Below are positions 39,517-50,714 of a DNA stretch of 64,000 nt, piece by piece. This stretch comes from Saccharolobus islandicus REY15A (GTDB taxonomy: Archaea; Thermoproteota; Thermoprotei_A; Sulfolobales; Sulfolobaceae). Where the stretch lies: NCBI RefSeq assembly GCF_000189555.1, contig NC_017276.1; one strand, given 5' to 3'. Under the pieces are notes generated by a model. That model was not told where the DNA came from. It saw nothing but the letters and a program-made list of their open reading frames with translations, and did no database searches. The translations under genes were made by a program, and so were the position numbers. The stretch's first letter is position 1, and each line of letters begins with the position of its first letter.

Positions 39517-41358
39517 ATGGATAGTTTGCTCAAGGTAAATGAATTAACAGCAGGTTATTTTAATCAAGATGGATTTGTAATTGGTGTTACTAACGTTAAT
39601 TTTGAGGTATATCCAAATGAGATTTTCGCTATAGCGGGCGAATCTGGATGTGGGAAGTCTACGTTAGCAATGGCAATTTACGGCTTACTTAAGTACCCTG
39701 GAGTAGTCCTTAGGGGCCACGTTTATTTGAAAGACAAAGATATCTTATCAATTACTCAGGAAGAACTCAGAAAGCTTAGAATGAAAGAGTTCGTGTATGT
39801 ACCTCAGTTTGCTATGGATGCGTTAGATCCAGTAGCTAAAATAGGTGATCAAATGATGCGAGCTGCGGTAAGTCATGGAGTAAATGTGGAAGAGGCACGT
39901 AAGTTAATAAAAGAGAAACTGGAGTTAGTGGATCTTCCTTATAATGTAGTTAGTATGTATCCGCATGAGTTATCAGGCGGTATGAGGCAAAGAGTTGTAA
40001 TAGCTACGTCTATTCTCTTAAACCCCTCTTTAATAATACTCGATGAGCCTACAACAGGACTGGACGTTATTGTCCAATATGAAATACTTAAGGATCTAAA
40101 GAGAATACAAAGACAGTTAGGTGTTTCTTTAGTAATTATATCTCATGATATATCAATGTTGTTGATGATATCGGATAGAGTAGGCATAATGTATGCTGGT
40201 GAGATAGTAGAGATTGGATCAAAGGAGGAAATTATAAAAAGGCCGTCTCATCCATATACATACCTTCTTATAAGTAGCCTCCCGTCTTTGGTAAAGAGAC
40301 GAGAGAAATTATTATCAATACCAGGGAATCCACCATTTATGCTATCGAAAGTACCTAATTCATGTAGGTTTTATGATAGATGTCCATTCAAGATGGAAAA
40401 ATGTAGCACTCTTAACCCAGCTTTAGGAGATATAATGGATGGTCATAAGGCTAGGTGTTTCCTACAAAAAGGGGGATATGTTGACTTATCTACTCTTCCC
40501 ATACCGTTAGAATATTATGCTGAGGAGAAGGCAGAAACTGATTTATCAGAGAGCAATCAACATGAGGTTGTAATGAAGATACTGAATTTAAGTAAAATTT
40601 ATTATATTAGAAAAAACCTTATTTTAAGTGAACCCATCAATGCTGTTAATGATGTATCCTTTGAGTTAAAGAAGGGCACTATAACAGCATTGGTAGGCGG
40701 AAGTGGACATGGTAAGTCTACTATCGCTAAAATACTAGCTGGTATGATTCAACAGACTTCTGGTAAGATAATTCTATTAGGAAAAGATGTGAGTGAATAC
40801 GGTGTGAGGAACTCTATGTGGTATAAGGAGAACGTTCAGATGATATTCCAAGATCCTTACTCTTCGCTTGATCCTCGTCATACTGTTAGGTGGCACGTAG
40901 AGAGACCTTTACTCATACATAAAAAGGTTTCAAATAAAGATCAATTATTACCGAAAATAATTGAGGTTCTTAAAAATGTAGGATTAAAGCCACCCGAGAA
41001 ATATCTATATAAATATCCTCATGAGCTATCTGGTGGAGAAAGGCAAAGGGTGGCAATAGCTAGAGCAACTGCTGTAGAACCTAAAGTGTTAGTTGCTGAT
41101 GAACCAGTTTCCATGTTAGATGCCTCGTTGAGGGCAAGCATATTAAATCTAATTAAGAAGTTTAAAAAGAATGGTATCAGCATATTATACATAACCCACG
41201 ACATTGCAACTGTAAATTATATTGCTGACGAGATTATGGTTATTTATAAGGGAAGGATAGTAGAAAAGGGAAACACTTATGAAGTTATATCCAATCCATC
41301 TCATGAGTATACTAAACGTTTAATAGAGGCAGTGCCGGATCCATATAAAACTATCTAA
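39517..41358 (+). CDS. Fused double ABC ATPase (OppD/OppF type)
   Basis: Two Walker A (GESGCGKS, GGSGHGKS), two LSGG signatures; RBS GGAGGAG before ATG 39517. Confidence 0.92.
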   Translation: MDSLLKVNELTAGYFNQDGFVIGVTNVNFEVYPNEIFAIAGESGCGKSTLAMAIYGLLKYPGVVLRGHVYLKDKDILSITQEELRKLRMKEFVYVPQFAMDALDPVAKIGDQMMRAAVSHGVNVEEARKLIKEKLELVDLPYNVVSMYPHELSGGMRQRVVIATSILLNPSLIILDEPTTGLDVIVQYEILKDLKRIQRQLGVSLVIISHDISMLLMISDRVGIMYAGEIVEIGSKEEIIKRPSHPYTYLLISSLPSLVKRREKLLSIPGNPPFMLSKVPNSCRFYDRCPFKMEKCSTLNPALGDIMDGHKARCFLQKGGYVDLSTLPIPLEYYAEEKAETDLSESNQHEVVMKILNLSKIYYIRKNLILSEPINAVNDVSFELKKGTITALVGGSGHGKSTIAKILAGMIQQTSGKIILLGKDVSEYGVRNSMWYKENVQMIFQDPYSSLDPRHTVRWHVERPLLIHKKVSNKDQLLPKIIEVLKNVGLKPPEKYLYKYPHELSGGERQRVAIARATAVEPKVLVADEPVSMLDASLRASILNLIKKFKKNGISILYITHDIATVNYIADEIMVIYKGRIVEKGNTYEVISNPSHEYTKRLIEAVPDPYKTI

Positions 41359-41439
41359 TAATTTCCAAATGTTGAATATAAATGACTTAACTATAGATTT
41401 TTTTGTAATTTAAAATTATATTGGCAAAGTACTTAAAAG

Positions 41440-42546
41440 TTATTCAAATCTTTTTATAATCTTATTATATTTAATTTCCCAATTTACCTTAACGTGTTTT
41501 GAAATTTCGTCTAACTTCTTATATGTATCATTCGATATCTTCACATTTAGGCTCTCAATGTTTTCCTCTAGCTGATTAATTTTTGTAACCCCTATTATAG
41601 GGACTATGGTAATTTGATTGATTTCTTGAATCTTGAAAATCCACGCTAAGGCTAATTGGGTATCTGTGACTCCTAGTTCCTTAGCAATTTCATGAAATTC
41701 CCTTAAAACCTCGAAATTCTCTTTAGTAAAATACCTATTAGATATTTCGGGTACGTATGTAGCTCTACTCATATCTGGAGTAGTATTAAGGTATTTACCT
41801 GTAAGAACTCCTTGTGCTAAGGGTATATATGCCATTATTCCTAATCCATACGTTTTTGCCAGTATAAATTTATCTTTTTCTATGTCTCTCTCTAAAAAAT
41901 TATAGGGTTCTTGCATGGCTATGAAAGGAACATGTAGGTCTTTTGCAATCTTAACTAAATAGGGTATGTCTGTCGGATCAAAATAACTCTCACCAATGTA
42001 GTGTATTTTACCTTGTCTTACCAAATCGTGAAATGTTTCCATAGTCTCTTCTATTGGTGTATCTGGGTCTGGTCTATGCATTAAATATATATCGATATAA
42101 TCAGTATTCAATCTCTTCAACGATTCTCTTACTTGCCACATAATGTGCTTTCTTGAAAGTCCTTCACCATTAGCATGTTCAGCCATCTTCCCGCGAACCT
42201 TTGTAGCTAAAACTAACGATTCTCTATCGTATCCCTTAATTGCCTCCCCTAATATCCTTTCAGCATTACCTACATGGAAAACGTCTGGTCCCTGCATCAC
42301 ACCATGATAGACATTAGCAGTATCAAAGAAATTTACGCCAAGATCTATTGCCTTTACAATTGTCTTTTTACTCTCTTCCTCATCTACCTTATAAACCCCG
42401 TAGCTATCCCTTTCCTTAGACGGAGGTAAATGCCATGTACCTAGACAAAACTTCGACACTTTTAAACCACTATTACCAAATTTCATATACTCCATCTTAT
42501 TACACATTTTGTATGTTTGATACCATAAATATAAAAGTTTCGCCAT
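41440..42546 (-). CDS. Aldo/keto reductase
   Basis: FGNSGLKVSKFCLGT, FDTANVY, DYIDIYLMHRPD; true start probably an internal Met (MEYMKFG). Confidence 0.92.
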   Translation of the reverse strand: MAKLLYLWYQTYKMCNKMEYMKFGNSGLKVSKFCLGTWHLPPSKERDSYGVYKVDEEESKKTIVKAIDLGVNFFDTANVYHGVMQGPDVFHVGNAERILGEAIKGYDRESLVLATKVRGKMAEHANGEGLSRKHIMWQVRESLKRLNTDYIDIYLMHRPDPDTPIEETMETFHDLVRQGKIHYIGESYFDPTDIPYLVKIAKDLHVPFIAMQEPYNFLERDIEKDKFILAKTYGLGIMAYIPLAQGVLTGKYLNTTPDMSRATYVPEISNRYFTKENFEVLREFHEIAKELGVTDTQLALAWIFKIQEINQITIVPIIGVTKINQLEENIESLNVKISNDTYKKLDEISKHVKVNWEIKYNKIIKRFE

Positions 42547-42623
42547 TTTTCTTCCTTAATATTTTATTAAATTTTAATTCTTTATAAATCCCTTGACGAT
42601 ATAAATTCTGTCCCCTATTCAAC

Positions 42624-42651
42624 TTAACTAGTTAACATAAAAGTTTATATA
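42624..42651 (+). promoter_or_regulatory. Promoter of the binding-protein gene: palindrome TTAACTAGTTAA with core AACTAGTT 10 nt before TATA TTTATATA
   Basis: Seen directly; same spacing as the araS ARA box. Confidence 0.6.
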
Positions 42652-42683
42652 TGCATAATATCGAATGAAACGTAAGTGAAGTT

Positions 42684-44852
42684 ATGAACAAAAAGATAAA
42701 AAATGTAATAGGGCTTACTGCATTAATATTAATGGCACTTTCAGCCTTTATGCCATTTATTATCAGTAGCAGAGTAGTCAATTCACAATCACCTCAATTA
42801 AATCCGGCAGCAAGCTATAGTTTTCCATGGGCATCGTCATATCCAACTTTTGGAGTAACAACCGGAAGTGGACCTATTGTACCTAATAATTGGAACGTGT
42901 TTGGAGTAGGAGAGAGATCCGATGATATTCCTTATGAGTTTATATTCGAGACATTAGGAATTGCAGATTTCATGACAGGTCAGGTTTATCCATGGTTGGC
43001 GACAAACTGGACATTCACAGATAATAATACAAATTTCATTGTATATCTAAGACATGGAGTTTATTTCTACTATAATGGAACATTACCTAATGGTACGCAA
43101 GGACAAATATTATGGCCATTTTCAGCTAAGGATGTGGTTGCAACTTATCAAGACTATTTTAAGGTCTATGGAAATCCATTTAATGTTACAGTAACCGAAG
43201 TTAATCCATACGAGGTTATTTTCCATTTTGGTAAACCAAACGTCCAGTACGCGTTGTATGACTTATTAGAGCAATTTATTGTCCCTTGGGAACAATACGC
43301 TAATTTAACGAATCCAGCTGCAGCAGTAATACCCATACCTGTGGGAACAGGTCCATATTATTTAGCTAAGGCCACAGAAACCCAAGCTACATTCTATAGA
43401 AATCCATACTACTGGATCCCAGGTAGGCCATTTATATCAACGTTCACATACTATGTTGGGATTAGTAATGCTCAAGCATATGGCCTTCTAGCTAAAGGAA
43501 CCGCGCAGTGGGGTGGAACTGGAAGTACTGGATCAACTCCTTTCAGTCAGTTATTTACATATGCTAATCCTCAATATTATCATGGTATGGCAAGTATAGG
43601 GAATGGATCTGGAGGTCAACCCTCGTTCTTGTGGATAAACTTTGCTAGGCTTAACTATTGGCCTTGGAACGAGACCTGGTTTAGATACGCGTTGTCATTA
43701 GCCTTAAATAGAACACAAATTTCTTTAGGTTCGCAATATGGGATACCTACCGGAGCTCCTCCAACACCTGCTGACTTCTTACCATCTCCAATGGAAGAAA
43801 TCTGGTTAAATTCAACAATTATACAGGAAGCCCATCAAGTAGATCAATATAATCTCACTGAAGCTATACAGATTTTGGAATCGCACGGTCTAAAAATAAT
43901 TAATGGAAAATTAAGTTTCCCTAATGGTACACCACTACCAACTTATACAATGATAAATTATCAAGGTTTCTCTGATACCTATGCCACTACTCAACTAATT
44001 GCAGAGGATCTAGCACAGATAGGACTACAGATTAATGTTGTGTCAGAAACTCCTTCACAAATGTTCGGCCCGGCTCTTGATGGGGGTCAGTATGATTTAA
44101 TATACTGGATCACTAATGCTTACAGTCCTTATTATGTGTGGGAATCTGCGTTCATACCTCCACTTATACCTGGTACTGATCAGCCAAACGTAACTGCTCT
44201 AGAAACTATTGGGGTATATGTATATTCTGATTTTGGTAGATGGATCCCTCCTAAGGAATTTATAGACCTTTGGATACAGGCTGGAGATACAACAAATGTA
44301 ACATTACTAAAACAGATATATAATAAAATGGCAGCTATTCTAATAAAGGATTTACCCGCAATCCCAGTGGTCTTTGACGCATATCCAAGATACGAATATG
44401 AGGACCAATACTATATTGGATTTTCGACTCCACAATACTTCTATACATGGAATGTGGAACCTTGGATAGGAGGAAATCTATTAATGTTAATGAATCTTGC
44501 TCCTAGACCTCCTGGTATGTCTAACGCACAAGAGGTTGCTTATACTCAAGCTGCTTGGCAAGATTTACTTGCATTCATATACGGTAAGGCCAATACTGCA
44601 ACACCACCATCATTATTAGCTATGTTGCAGCCTTCCACATCAACAGTAACTCAGACTTCCACAAGTACTTCAACTGTTACTACAACGAGTGCGTCAACAT
44701 CTGTCACTACTACAACCTCTATGAGTACTACTTCGGTAACTAGTACTGTGTCAACATCTAGTGGGTTATCTACTGGTGTTATTGCTGGTATAATTGTTGT
44801 TATAATTGTAATTATAGCAGTAGTAGCTTATGTAGTGGTAAGAAGAAGATAA
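42684..44852 (+). CDS. Family-5 extracellular oligosaccharide-binding protein (SSO3053-like; reported maltose/oligosaccharide binding)
   Basis: Signal peptide, PWLATNWT and GTGPY motifs, S/T linker, TM, RRR. Confidence 0.9.
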   Translation: MNKKIKNVIGLTALILMALSAFMPFIISSRVVNSQSPQLNPAASYSFPWASSYPTFGVTTGSGPIVPNNWNVFGVGERSDDIPYEFIFETLGIADFMTGQVYPWLATNWTFTDNNTNFIVYLRHGVYFYYNGTLPNGTQGQILWPFSAKDVVATYQDYFKVYGNPFNVTVTEVNPYEVIFHFGKPNVQYALYDLLEQFIVPWEQYANLTNPAAAVIPIPVGTGPYYLAKATETQATFYRNPYYWIPGRPFISTFTYYVGISNAQAYGLLAKGTAQWGGTGSTGSTPFSQLFTYANPQYYHGMASIGNGSGGQPSFLWINFARLNYWPWNETWFRYALSLALNRTQISLGSQYGIPTGAPPTPADFLPSPMEEIWLNSTIIQEAHQVDQYNLTEAIQILESHGLKIINGKLSFPNGTPLPTYTMINYQGFSDTYATTQLIAEDLAQIGLQINVVSETPSQMFGPALDGGQYDLIYWITNAYSPYYVWESAFIPPLIPGTDQPNVTALETIGVYVYSDFGRWIPPKEFIDLWIQAGDTTNVTLLKQIYNKMAAILIKDLPAIPVVFDAYPRYEYEDQYYIGFSTPQYFYTWNVEPWIGGNLLMLMNLAPRPPGMSNAQEVAYTQAAWQDLLAFIYGKANTATPPSLLAMLQPSTSTVTQTSTSTSTVTTTSASTSVTTTTSMSTTSVTSTVSTSSGLSTGVIAGIIVVIIVIIAVVAYVVVRRR

Positions 44853-45049
44853 TAAACTCTATTATATAAGGTATTTTATTTTTTGCATTTATATAAATAC
44901 AAGGAAACTAGTGTAGGAAGTGCAAAGAATCTTTCTAATAAATTATTTTAAGAGCCAGTATTAATAGTTAACTCATTATAATGAAACTTTCAAATATAAC
45001 TGAAGAGATTTAAAATAATTTATCTCATATAATTCGTATTATAAATGAA

Positions 45050-45682
45050 TCATATTTCCAATACCTCAAGCAGCTTTAAGGCAATTACCATGTGCCCTGT
45101 GAAATTTGGATGAACTGGTTCTGGTGCGTAGACGTTAGGTTCCCTTATATTAACTAGTTTTTTAAAAGTGTCGTGAAGGTCAATATAAGTTGCAGAGAAC
45201 TCGTTAGATAGTAATCTAACTTTCTCTGTATATTGAGGTAATAGTTCCAGCACCTTAGCCCTAAATCCACCCTCAAGTTTATTCCTACTGATATAAAATG
45301 GGGTCATTAAAATAAAATTCACGTTGTTAAGCACTTTTCTAGTATATTTTAGTAGACGTCTCAAGTTTTCATAGTAGTTTTCAGGGTTAAATGTCGTTAA
45401 GCCACCTAGAAACTTATGTAGGTCATTTATACCAATTAAAATCGATATCCAATTAGGTTTATAACTTAGCACATCATCGTCCCATCTATCTATGAGGTCG
45501 ATTACAGTATTTCCACTTATACCAGAATTTATAACAGTAATTTTCGTCTCTGGATGTTTAGCCAACATAAGATTATAAAAAAGATTGACATACCCATACC
45601 CTAAAGGAGCGTTGTTTGACTTCTCACGATCGGTTATACTATCTCCAGCAAACACTATAACGTCTCCATTACTTAACCGCAA
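45050..45682 (-). CDS. SGNH/GDSL esterase (carbohydrate esterase-like)
   Basis: FAGDSIT, GISGNT, IGIND, EPVHPN blocks. Confidence 0.9.
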   Translation of the reverse strand: MRLSNGDVIVFAGDSITDREKSNNAPLGYGYVNLFYNLMLAKHPETKITVINSGISGNTVIDLIDRWDDDVLSYKPNWISILIGINDLHKFLGGLTTFNPENYYENLRRLLKYTRKVLNNVNFILMTPFYISRNKLEGGFRAKVLELLPQYTEKVRLLSNEFSATYIDLHDTFKKLVNIREPNVYAPEPVHPNFTGHMVIALKLLEVLEI

Positions 45683-46102
45683 GACAGATCATTTATGATA
45701 TGATATAGGGTTAGTATATAAATCTATTTTGTTAAACCTTCTTTAATTAAGGATTAGCATAGTTAGTTAAAAGTGTGTCTCGAATGCATGTTATTGGTTA
45801 GCATTTTACGTAAAATCCTAGGGTTATATAGTTTTTAAAAGAATTATGTTTGAGCTAATAATGTTTTTATATTAAAATTGTTAGTATCCATTATTTATCT
45901 TTAAGTAATAGCAAATATTAAGGTAGGTATTCATAGGAATTATCGAATTCAACGCTTTTCCAATAAATACTAATTGGTTTAAACTTAACGTTATGTAGTT
46001 AGTTATTGTCATAATCCGAAAATAGGATAACAATCTAGTTGTTAGATAAACTAGATAAAGAAAGCTTTATATTTTGAAGAGAATTGTATACGGTGATAAG
46101 GG

Positions 46103-48184
46103 ATGCAGACAATAAAAATATACGAGAACAAAGGCGTTTACAAAGTAGTTATAGGAGAACCATTTCCCCCCATAGAATTCCCACTTGAGCAAAAGATATC
46201 ATCGAATAAATCTTTATCAGAGTTGGGTTTAACAATAGTTCAACAAGGTAACAAGGTTATTGTCGAGAAATCATTGGATTTGAAAGAGCACATTATAGGA
46301 TTGGGAGAGAAGGCGTTTGAGTTGGATAGAAAGAGGAAAAGGTATGTGATGTATAACGTTGACGCTGGGGCTTATAAGAAATATCAAGATCCACTTTACG
46401 TTAGTATACCCTTATTTATATCAGTGAAAGACGGCGTTGCAACTGGTTACTTCTTCAACTCAGCTTCTAAAGTGATCTTCGACGTGGGACTTGAGGAATA
46501 CGATAAAGTAATTGTTACAATTCCAGAGGACTCAGTAGAGTTTTACGTGATTGAAGGGCCAAGAATTGAGGACGTTCTAGAGAAATACACGGAGCTTACC
46601 GGAAAACCTTTCCTACCTCCCATGTGGGCTTTCGGTTACATGATATCACGCTACTCTTACTACCCCCAGGGTAAGGTTGTTGAGTTAGTAGATATAATGC
46701 AAAAGGAGGGTTTTAGAGTAGCTGGAGTATTCTTAGATATACACTACATGGACTCCTATAAGTTATTTACATGGCATCCTTATAGGTTCCCAGAACCTAA
46801 AAAGCTAATTGACGAATTACACAAGAGAAACATTAAGCTAATTACAATAGTTGACCACGGAATAAGGGTTGATCAGAATTATTCACCATTTCTTTCCGGA
46901 ATGGGAAAATTCTGTGAGATTGAAAGTGGTGAACTATTCGTAGGTAAAATGTGGCCTGGTACTACTGTCTATCCAGACTTCTTCAGGGAGGATACTAGAG
47001 AATGGTGGGCTGGGTTAATCTCCGAATGGCTTTCACAAGGAGTTGATGGTATTTGGCTAGACATGAATGAACCAACTGACTTCTCTAGGGCTATTGAGAT
47101 TAGAGACGTTTTATCTTCGTTACCCGTACAGTTCAGAGATGATAGACTTGTTACCACTTTTCCAGATAACGTAGTTCACTACTTGAGGGGAAAGAGGGTT
47201 AAACACGAAAAAGTTAGAAATGCTTATCCTTTATATGAGGCTATGGCAACGTTTAAGGGGTTTAGGACAAGCCATAGGAATGAAATATTTATCTTGAGTA
47301 GAGCCGGTTATGCCGGAATACAAAGATACGCATTCATCTGGACTGGTGATAATACCCCTTCATGGGATGATTTGAAGCTTCAACTACAATTGGTTCTCGG
47401 CTTATCGATTTCTGGTGTACCATTTGTAGGTTGTGATATAGGGGGATTTCAAGGCAGGAACTTCGCGGAAATTGACAACTCTATGGATTTATTAGTCAAA
47501 TATTATGCTTTAGCCTTGTTCTTCCCCTTCTATAGGTCACACAAGGCAACTGATGGTATAGATACGGAACCAGTTTTCCTGCCAGATTACTATAAGGAGA
47601 AAGTAAAGGAAATCGTGGAGTTGAGGTATAAGTTCTTACCCTATATTTATTCCTTAGCTTTAGAGGCTAGTGAGAAGGGACATCCGGTAATTAGACCTCT
47701 ATTTTACGAATTCCAGGATGATGACGACATGTATAGAATAGAAGACGAGTATATGGTTGGTAAGTATTTGCTTTACGCTCCAATTGTAAGTAAAGAGGAG
47801 AGTAGGTTAGTAACATTACCTAGAGGTAAGTGGTACAATTACTGGAATGGCGAGATAATAAACGGTAAGAGTGTTGTTAAGTCTACTCATGAGTTGCCAA
47901 TTTACTTGAGAGAAGGATCAATAATCCCGTTGGAGGGTGACGAGTTAATAGTTTACGGTGAGACCTCGTTCAAGCGTTACGATAATGCTGAAATTACCTC
48001 CTCAAGTAATGAAATTAAGTTTTCAAGGGAGATTTATGTATCTAAGCTAACTGTCACATCAGAGAAACCAGTGAGCAAGATAATAGTTGACGATAGTAAG
48101 GAAATTCAAGTAGAGAAGACAATGCAAAACACTTACGTTGCTAAGATTAATCAAAAAATTAGGGGAAAGATTAACTTAGAGTAG
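46103..48184 (+). CDS. malA: Alpha-glucosidase GH31 MalA
   Basis: Recognised [11 protein letters not shown]...; GIWLDMNEP nucleophile, WTGDN. Confidence 0.97.
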   Translation: MQTIKIYENKGVYKVVIGEPFPPIEFPLEQKISSNKSLSELGLTIVQQGNKVIVEKSLDLKEHIIGLGEKAFELDRKRKRYVMYNVDAGAYKKYQDPLYVSIPLFISVKDGVATGYFFNSASKVIFDVGLEEYDKVIVTIPEDSVEFYVIEGPRIEDVLEKYTELTGKPFLPPMWAFGYMISRYSYYPQGKVVELVDIMQKEGFRVAGVFLDIHYMDSYKLFTWHPYRFPEPKKLIDELHKRNIKLITIVDHGIRVDQNYSPFLSGMGKFCEIESGELFVGKMWPGTTVYPDFFREDTREWWAGLISEWLSQGVDGIWLDMNEPTDFSRAIEIRDVLSSLPVQFRDDRLVTTFPDNVVHYLRGKRVKHEKVRNAYPLYEAMATFKGFRTSHRNEIFILSRAGYAGIQRYAFIWTGDNTPSWDDLKLQLQLVLGLSISGVPFVGCDIGGFQGRNFAEIDNSMDLLVKYYALALFFPFYRSHKATDGIDTEPVFLPDYYKEKVKEIVELRYKFLPYIYSLALEASEKGHPVIRPLFYEFQDDDDMYRIEDEYMVGKYLLYAPIVSKEESRLVTLPRGKWYNYWNGEIINGKSVVKSTHELPIYLREGSIIPLEGDELIVYGETSFKRYDNAEITSSSNEIKFSREIYVSKLTVTSEKPVSKIIVDDSKEIQVEKTMQNTYVAKINQKIRGKINLE

Positions 48185-48874
48185 TTTTTTCACGTACTCC
48201 AAGGACTTAATTATTCCCGGGAGAGGGTTCTCTGGTTCTGGCTCATATTCTATCATTAGCGGTATGTCTAGATTCAACTCCTTTACCTTGCCTATAACTC
48301 TCTTCACATCTAAAATTCCACTACCCACTATTACATCCTCTCCCTTATTATTTACATCTTTTACATGAATGTCGTGAATTCTATCCCTTAGCGTATTTAC
48401 TGCCTCAATTGGATTCTCACCATATCTAAATAAGTGGGCTAGATCAAGACACATTCCAACTCTATGATCTAAGTTTTTCGTGAACTCGTAAATCTTCTTA
48501 TAAGACCCCCATCTATGAGAGGGACCATGATTATGTATGGCAACTTTAATGTCGTATTCCTTTACTAGGTCACTCATCAAGTTAAGGGAATCCTCATCTG
48601 GATCCGCAGTTATTACCTCAATTTCAACCTTGTTTGCGAAGTCGAAGATGCTTCTCAACTCTTTCTCATCGCTCTTAAGATGGTTAACACCATGGGCGAT
48701 AACTTTGACTCCGTTTTCTTTATGTAAATTGATTATATCCTTAACACTATTAGAAGAAGGAGGCAAGTGTCTTGGGAACGCTTCAACGTAGGATATTCCT
48801 TGTTCAGACATTACCTTTAAAGCATTCTCATAAGTTAATTTCCTAAGCGAATAACTTTGTACTCCGAGTTTCAT
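48176..48874 (-). CDS. Sugar phosphate isomerase/epimerase (AP endonuclease 2 TIM barrel)
   Basis: VAIHNH, CLDLAH, IHVKD, IEYE metal-binding motifs. Confidence 0.88.
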   Translation of the reverse strand: MKLGVQSYSLRKLTYENALKVMSEQGISYVEAFPRHLPPSSNSVKDIINLHKENGVKVIAHGVNHLKSDEKELRSIFDFANKVEIEVITADPDEDSLNLMSDLVKEYDIKVAIHNHGPSHRWGSYKKIYEFTKNLDHRVGMCLDLAHLFRYGENPIEAVNTLRDRIHDIHVKDVNNKGEDVIVGSGILDVKRVIGKVKELNLDIPLMIEYEPEPENPLPGIIKSLEYVKKLL

Positions 48875-49055
48875 AGATGAGAGGAACAGGTATTTGATAT
48901 TTAAATTTAGCTTTAACTAGTTAACCAAAAAATTATTAAAGAGTAGTAAGCACTGTTCAACTTTTTTGAGATCTAGAATAGTTTTAAAAAATAAGGAAAG
49001 ATGCGAGAAAAAGTTCTTAATCGTAATCAGCTAGGCAGTATGAATAATAAAATGG

Positions 49056-50126
49056 TTATACTACAATCCTAACATCTAAAGGTAACTTCACTACTTGTCT
49101 ATTAACTGAGGAAAGGTAAACGGCTTTTATCACCTCTAAGCTTTTCATACCCTCTTTTCCATTTATTGGAAAATCATTATCCTCTGATAGAGCCCTTAAG
49201 AAATCTCTGAGCAACTCCTTATGCAAATTACCTGGTTGAGCTATCGTTTCTTTCTTATATTCAACACTGGATTTTGACTCCTCTATTTTACCCTCAATTG
49301 CGACTGTACTAAGACTACCGTCAGTAATTTCCACAAACCCATTACTTCCATTTACCCTAATCTTCCTGTACTGGTAAGTAGTGGGCTTCATTGAGACTGT
49401 TTGAGAAATAGTACCTAATGCTCCGTTCTTGTATCTCATAATCGCGACTGCTGTGTCCTCGACTTCGATTCCATCATGAGTTAAATTGTCAACAAATCCA
49501 GACACCTCTTCCACTTCACCATTAAGCCATATCATTAAATCAATAGTATGTATACCTTGATTTGTCATAACTCCACCTCCTTCCGTGTTCCACATGCCCC
49601 TCCAACTCCTAGCTATCTCATCCCTCTTATAATATCCCTTCATATCACGGTACCATTTCAATTCTGACTCTATCAAATATATTCTACCAAGCTCTTTCAA
49701 GATATCGTTCTTTAACCTCCTTATGTCAGGGGCATATCTCTCTTGGAATATTACTCCTAGTTTAACCTCATTTCTCTCAGCCCTACTTACCATCTCTCTA
49801 GCTCCAGCTAGAGTGGTAGCCATTGGCTTTTCGACTATTACGTGTTTTCCATATTCAATTGCTAAAATAGCCTGGGGTGCGTGCAAATAGGAAGGGGTTG
49901 CTATGCTTATGACATCGACCTCTGAGTTTCTTAATACTTCATCTATAGTGGTATAATAGGGTGTACCGTATTCACTTCCTATTTTTTCTGCTATTGACTT
50001 AATCTGATCCACTACCGCAACTAGTTTTACGAATTCTGTTTCCTTTTCTAAGTCCTTTAATGCTTTTACGTGAGTTTTACCAATTGAGCCTAGACCTACA
50101 ACCGCTACACCAATTCTCTTTGACAT
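49056..50126 (-). CDS. Gfo/Idh/MocA-family NAD-dependent oxidoreductase
   Basis: VVGLGSIG, VEKPMA, GGGVMTNQGIHTID; likely start MSKRIG at 50126. Confidence 0.92.
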   Translation of the reverse strand: MSKRIGVAVVGLGSIGKTHVKALKDLEKETEFVKLVAVVDQIKSIAEKIGSEYGTPYYTTIDEVLRNSEVDVISIATPSYLHAPQAILAIEYGKHVIVEKPMATTLAGAREMVSRAERNEVKLGVIFQERYAPDIRRLKNDILKELGRIYLIESELKWYRDMKGYYKRDEIARSWRGMWNTEGGGVMTNQGIHTIDLMIWLNGEVEEVSGFVDNLTHDGIEVEDTAVAIMRYKNGALGTISQTVSMKPTTYQYRKIRVNGSNGFVEITDGSLSTVAIEGKIEESKSSVEYKKETIAQPGNLHKELLRDFLRALSEDNDFPINGKEGMKSLEVIKAVYLSSVNRQVVKLPLDVRIVV

Positions 50127-50647
50127 GTATTGAGAGTTAAATATTAAAATAAAAAATAATATAGTCTTCACGCTTAGGAAGGAACTGCTTCATGCAGTAA
50201 AAATGATCTAACTAGTAACTAAAATCAACAAACTTAAGAGGGATACATAACGAGGAGATTAGTCTTATTGAGTAAAAGCTGTTATTTTGTGATATGCTGA
50301 GAAAAAAGAGAGACAGAACTTCGTTAAGTCTAAAGACTATTTTCAATTTTTAATACGATTTAACACTTCTTTTATCACAACCCTTGTGCAGATACTCATT
50401 TAAAGATCTAGAACTGTTTTAGTGGTTTAAGTTTTTTACATATAATATTTATGAAGTGCGGATAATAATTTCATTTATTTGAAACTTAGTTTAAATTTCT
50501 CTAATATTAATTTTGTTAAATCTTTTAATTGTGTAACAAAATTTTTTGAAAAAGGATTTAGAAATTGCGACATTTTCTCTTCGTCAACAGTAAAATCATA
50601 TGTAGAATTGAAAATAAATGAATACTTTATATGATTTATACTAAATT

Positions 50648-50680
50648 AACAACATTGTTGTTGATACTCATATTTATATA
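50648..50680 (+). promoter_or_regulatory. Promoter of the second family-5 ABC operon with palindrome AACAACATTGTTGTT ending 10 nt before TATA TTTATATA
   Basis: Seen directly. Confidence 0.5.
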
Positions 50681-50714
50681 TCTCTATTTCAAAGATTCTA
50701 ATAGTGGGTCTCTA

